From Perkinsus olseni (taxonomy: Eukaryota): a stretch of 64,000 nucleotides of DNA. The position numbers and the translations under genes were made by a program. The DNA lies in assembly GCA_013115125.1 (NCBI GenBank), contig JABANN010000099.1, positions 1 through 64,000 of the forward strand. The letters run 5' to 3'. Positions 61,575-64,000 of this stretch are shown here, one piece after another; the stretch's first letter is position 1, and each line of letters begins with the position of its first letter. The notes below the pieces were generated by a model. That model was given only the letters and a program-made list of their open reading frames with translations, had not been told where the DNA came from and did no database searches.

Positions 61575-64000
61575 TCAGCTTGACTGCACTATAGCCAGAT
61601 CGACAGACCAGTGCTTGCCAATGACTACTCCTGTCGGGCGTTTCATAGTTATGCGGTTCTCTGAAGTAGGACTTCTCTTGGCGGAGATGGTGGGGTTGTC
61701 CAGAATGCCTGGGGAGGGACGACGAGGATAATGGAATCACTCGGCACTGAGCCATTCCCGAGCGACGTGGATGAGAGTTGCCAAGTGTTTTCTATGATCA
61801 CAACGTGGATGAGAGCGTGAATTTCACACACAACCCTGTGGCCCACGGCACCTCCCACTCGCGAACTAGGCTCGAGGACGTCTGTGATGTACGTATTGTC
61901 AACGAGCAGTGGGCACACCGTAGCAGAGGATGACGAGCTTCTCACCTTTGCGAAGATTCTCAGGCAGTCCAATAATATCGATCCTCTCCACTGGTATATT
62001 GTAATCCCCCTTACCAGATATATCCGTACTGACGATGCTCTGACCATCAAACCTGCTTGAAATAATGAGAAGGGAACTCGAACGAGGTTTCCAGGTACCT
62101 TATAGTGCTGAGAGTGTAGTCGCCGCGATCGATAGTGTCCAAGCTAGTGCCATCATCAAGGTAACTAGAGCAAACCTCAGGGCTCAATAAGGGGAGATGG
62201 GGCACGTACATCTCCCCTTCAGCCTTATTAGTATCAGGGTCCACGAAGACTTCGAGCGTGAGGGGGTCATTGACCATTGCCTTGGTGGAAGGGCGCTGTC
62301 GCATCTTCAACCTGACATTTAGTCCATAGGATGCCCCATAGTGTCGATCGGCGTCCTCACGGTATGATGCTGCCAGCACGATAAAAATGTGGTATGACGT
62401 CCATGCTCACCGCGATGTTCTCGTTCATGCCCACCGCCATCAACTAACAGGAAAGTCCCCGTATCCCATTCCTGGAGAAGCGTACCTCGTCCCTGGCATT
62501 ATACCACTTCGTTCCCTCAGGGAAGTAAACAGAGACGTTATCGACCCCACTTTCCAAAACTCCTGTGACCATCACATCTCGACCAAGCACAACCTACAGG
62601 CGGATATTAACGGCCAGAGAACCCAACGATCCTCTACCTGGGAGTCCAATATTTTGTCGCATCCTTCCACACGACACGCGTAGGTATTAGCGTCCTTCAG
62701 GTGGTCAAACCACAACGGACGCAAGATGGCCTCCCCGTATAGCGAGTAGCGTGCGAAGAGGGTATACCAGAAGGGCAGCATTCGGTACCTTAGAGCGAAG
62801 CACCAGTCCCTCCAGTGCGATTGATGAAGTCCAGTATCACCGTTTTTGAACCGCCTCTTTGACACGGTTTCGAGCCGCCTCGCTATACTCCCACGGCTCC
62901 CTCCGCGGTGTTTCGATGTGAGCATGGGATCTGTCTCATCGCGTGGCAGATGCCAACAGCGGCTGCTCTGGGAATCGACTTGCCTGTAGAACGGATTGGT
63001 GGCTGCAGCGAGCTGATGCCAGCGAGTAAAGAGCTCCTCCTCAGGGTGGCCAAAGAAGCCTCCAACATCAGCCCCGACGAACGAGTAACTGCGACGCGAG
63101 CATCCACCACCGACCAAGGCAGCGCCCCAACCCGGCAGTTGCTGAGAGGGTGATGAGCATCGGTAGCACGGCCTGGAGGTGTGCCCAGTTGGCCTCGTTA
63201 TCTCCCGTCCACATCGGGCCATACCTAACATCAGGGAAGGCTGACCACGATCGTTCCGGCGGCTCCCGTGAGCTACATGTGACTGCCAACGTAAAAGCTT
63301 CTGGTGAGGACGAATGGTCGTTGGCCTGGTCGACGGTGATTGGCGTGGCCCTCAAATGTCGCCCTATGGAAGTACTGTCCATATCTGAGAACGCATCGAG
63401 TATGACTGAGTCAGACTGAGTCAGACTGACGGCAACCAGGTGTTCCACCGCGGCTGAGTTACGTATCAATGCCTGAAGTCTGATAGACTTACTGTTCACT
63501 CTCACTTACTCGTTATTGCGTTGGTATTGAAAACGGGTGTCGGGTTCGAACCGAGTACATGTAAATTTTCCATTAGTATACTTCCGAGTTATACGCAAAA
63601 ACGCGTCAAAGCAGCATGATGAATGAATGACAAAGCGCGCCTTAGCAATAGGCCAGCGAGTGGTTGAATGTGCATCCCAGTTCTCTCACATGTTGTGCAC
63701 GTCTCTGTGCTCCACGTTCCCACTGTGTATCAAATCACGGTCCATTGACACCTGACGAGGAGGCTACGCCGACCACACGTCTTAGCTTGGTGCAGCCCTA
63801 CCTCCGGACCGTTGAAGACGCTAGGCTCGTTCATGTCGTTCCATGTGTAAAAGCCTGCATTAGTACCATCAGACTTGAAGTAACTACATCACCGGGGAGA
63901 GTGAATCCTAACGGAGGCTATTCGTCTCATCATTCGTCTAGCATGATGGATGCTATTAGCATCCATCATGGATGAACATTTCGCGCCATTAACGTGATAC
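61575..64000 (-). CDS. GANAB: Glucosidase II alpha subunit (GH31), 5' part off-window
   Basis: WNDMNEPSVFNGPE, EHRDVHN, RPFVLTRSF, WTGDN, GADVGGFFG, HAHIETPRREPW, RYRMLPFWYTLF. Confidence 0.95.

Noticed and set aside
63535..63560. tRNA gene (GGTTCGAACC B-box-like sequence)
   Set aside because: No cloverleaf, D-arm or acceptor stem surrounds it, and it lies within an intron.
20736..64000. Glycosylation gene cluster (GT10, sugar-nucleotide transporter, GH20, P4H, GH31)
   Set aside because: The genes are dispersed among unrelated housekeeping genes in different strand blocks, which is compatible with chance.

Overview
Compact, intron-rich eukaryotic chromosome segment of moderate GC. Introns are mostly 40-60 nt GT-AG and many intergenic gaps are only 65-250 nt. 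Gene content and architecture suggest a perkinsid/myzozoan alveolate such as Perkinsus (inference only). The ORF track is fragmented by introns, so I spliced about 20 genes by hand. They fall in five strand-coherent blocks. Minus <1-12023: Mut-7/EXD-like pseudo-exonuclease, CCCH...UBZ-SH3 protein, vacuolar H+-PPase. Plus 12230-36356: NOC4, HPD/J-like membrane protein, AP-3 beta, GT10 fucosyltransferase, CSN6, RRM-SPOC protein, TPT-family transporter, duplicated TPR-like protein, RRM protein. Minus 37565-~44970: GH20 hexosaminidase, UPF1-like SF1 helicase, small basic protein. Plus 45585-52917: VPS60, PSMB3, methyltransferase, beta-hydroxyacid dehydrogenase, aquaporin. Minus ~58490->64000: tandem-domain prolyl 4-hydroxylase, glucosidase II alpha. 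A gene-free 5.5 kb convergent junction (52.9-58.5 kb) holds MULE and LINE debris, a tRNA-like insertion and many short palindromes. The most notable observations are an exact 14-mer (CGCGCCACGAAATT) found four times in introns and a divergent promoter, the directional gene blocks, the CCCH/G-rich/UBZ/SH3 protein, two probable pseudo-enzyme domains, and the palindrome-rich junction. Exon boundaries are manual and approximate.
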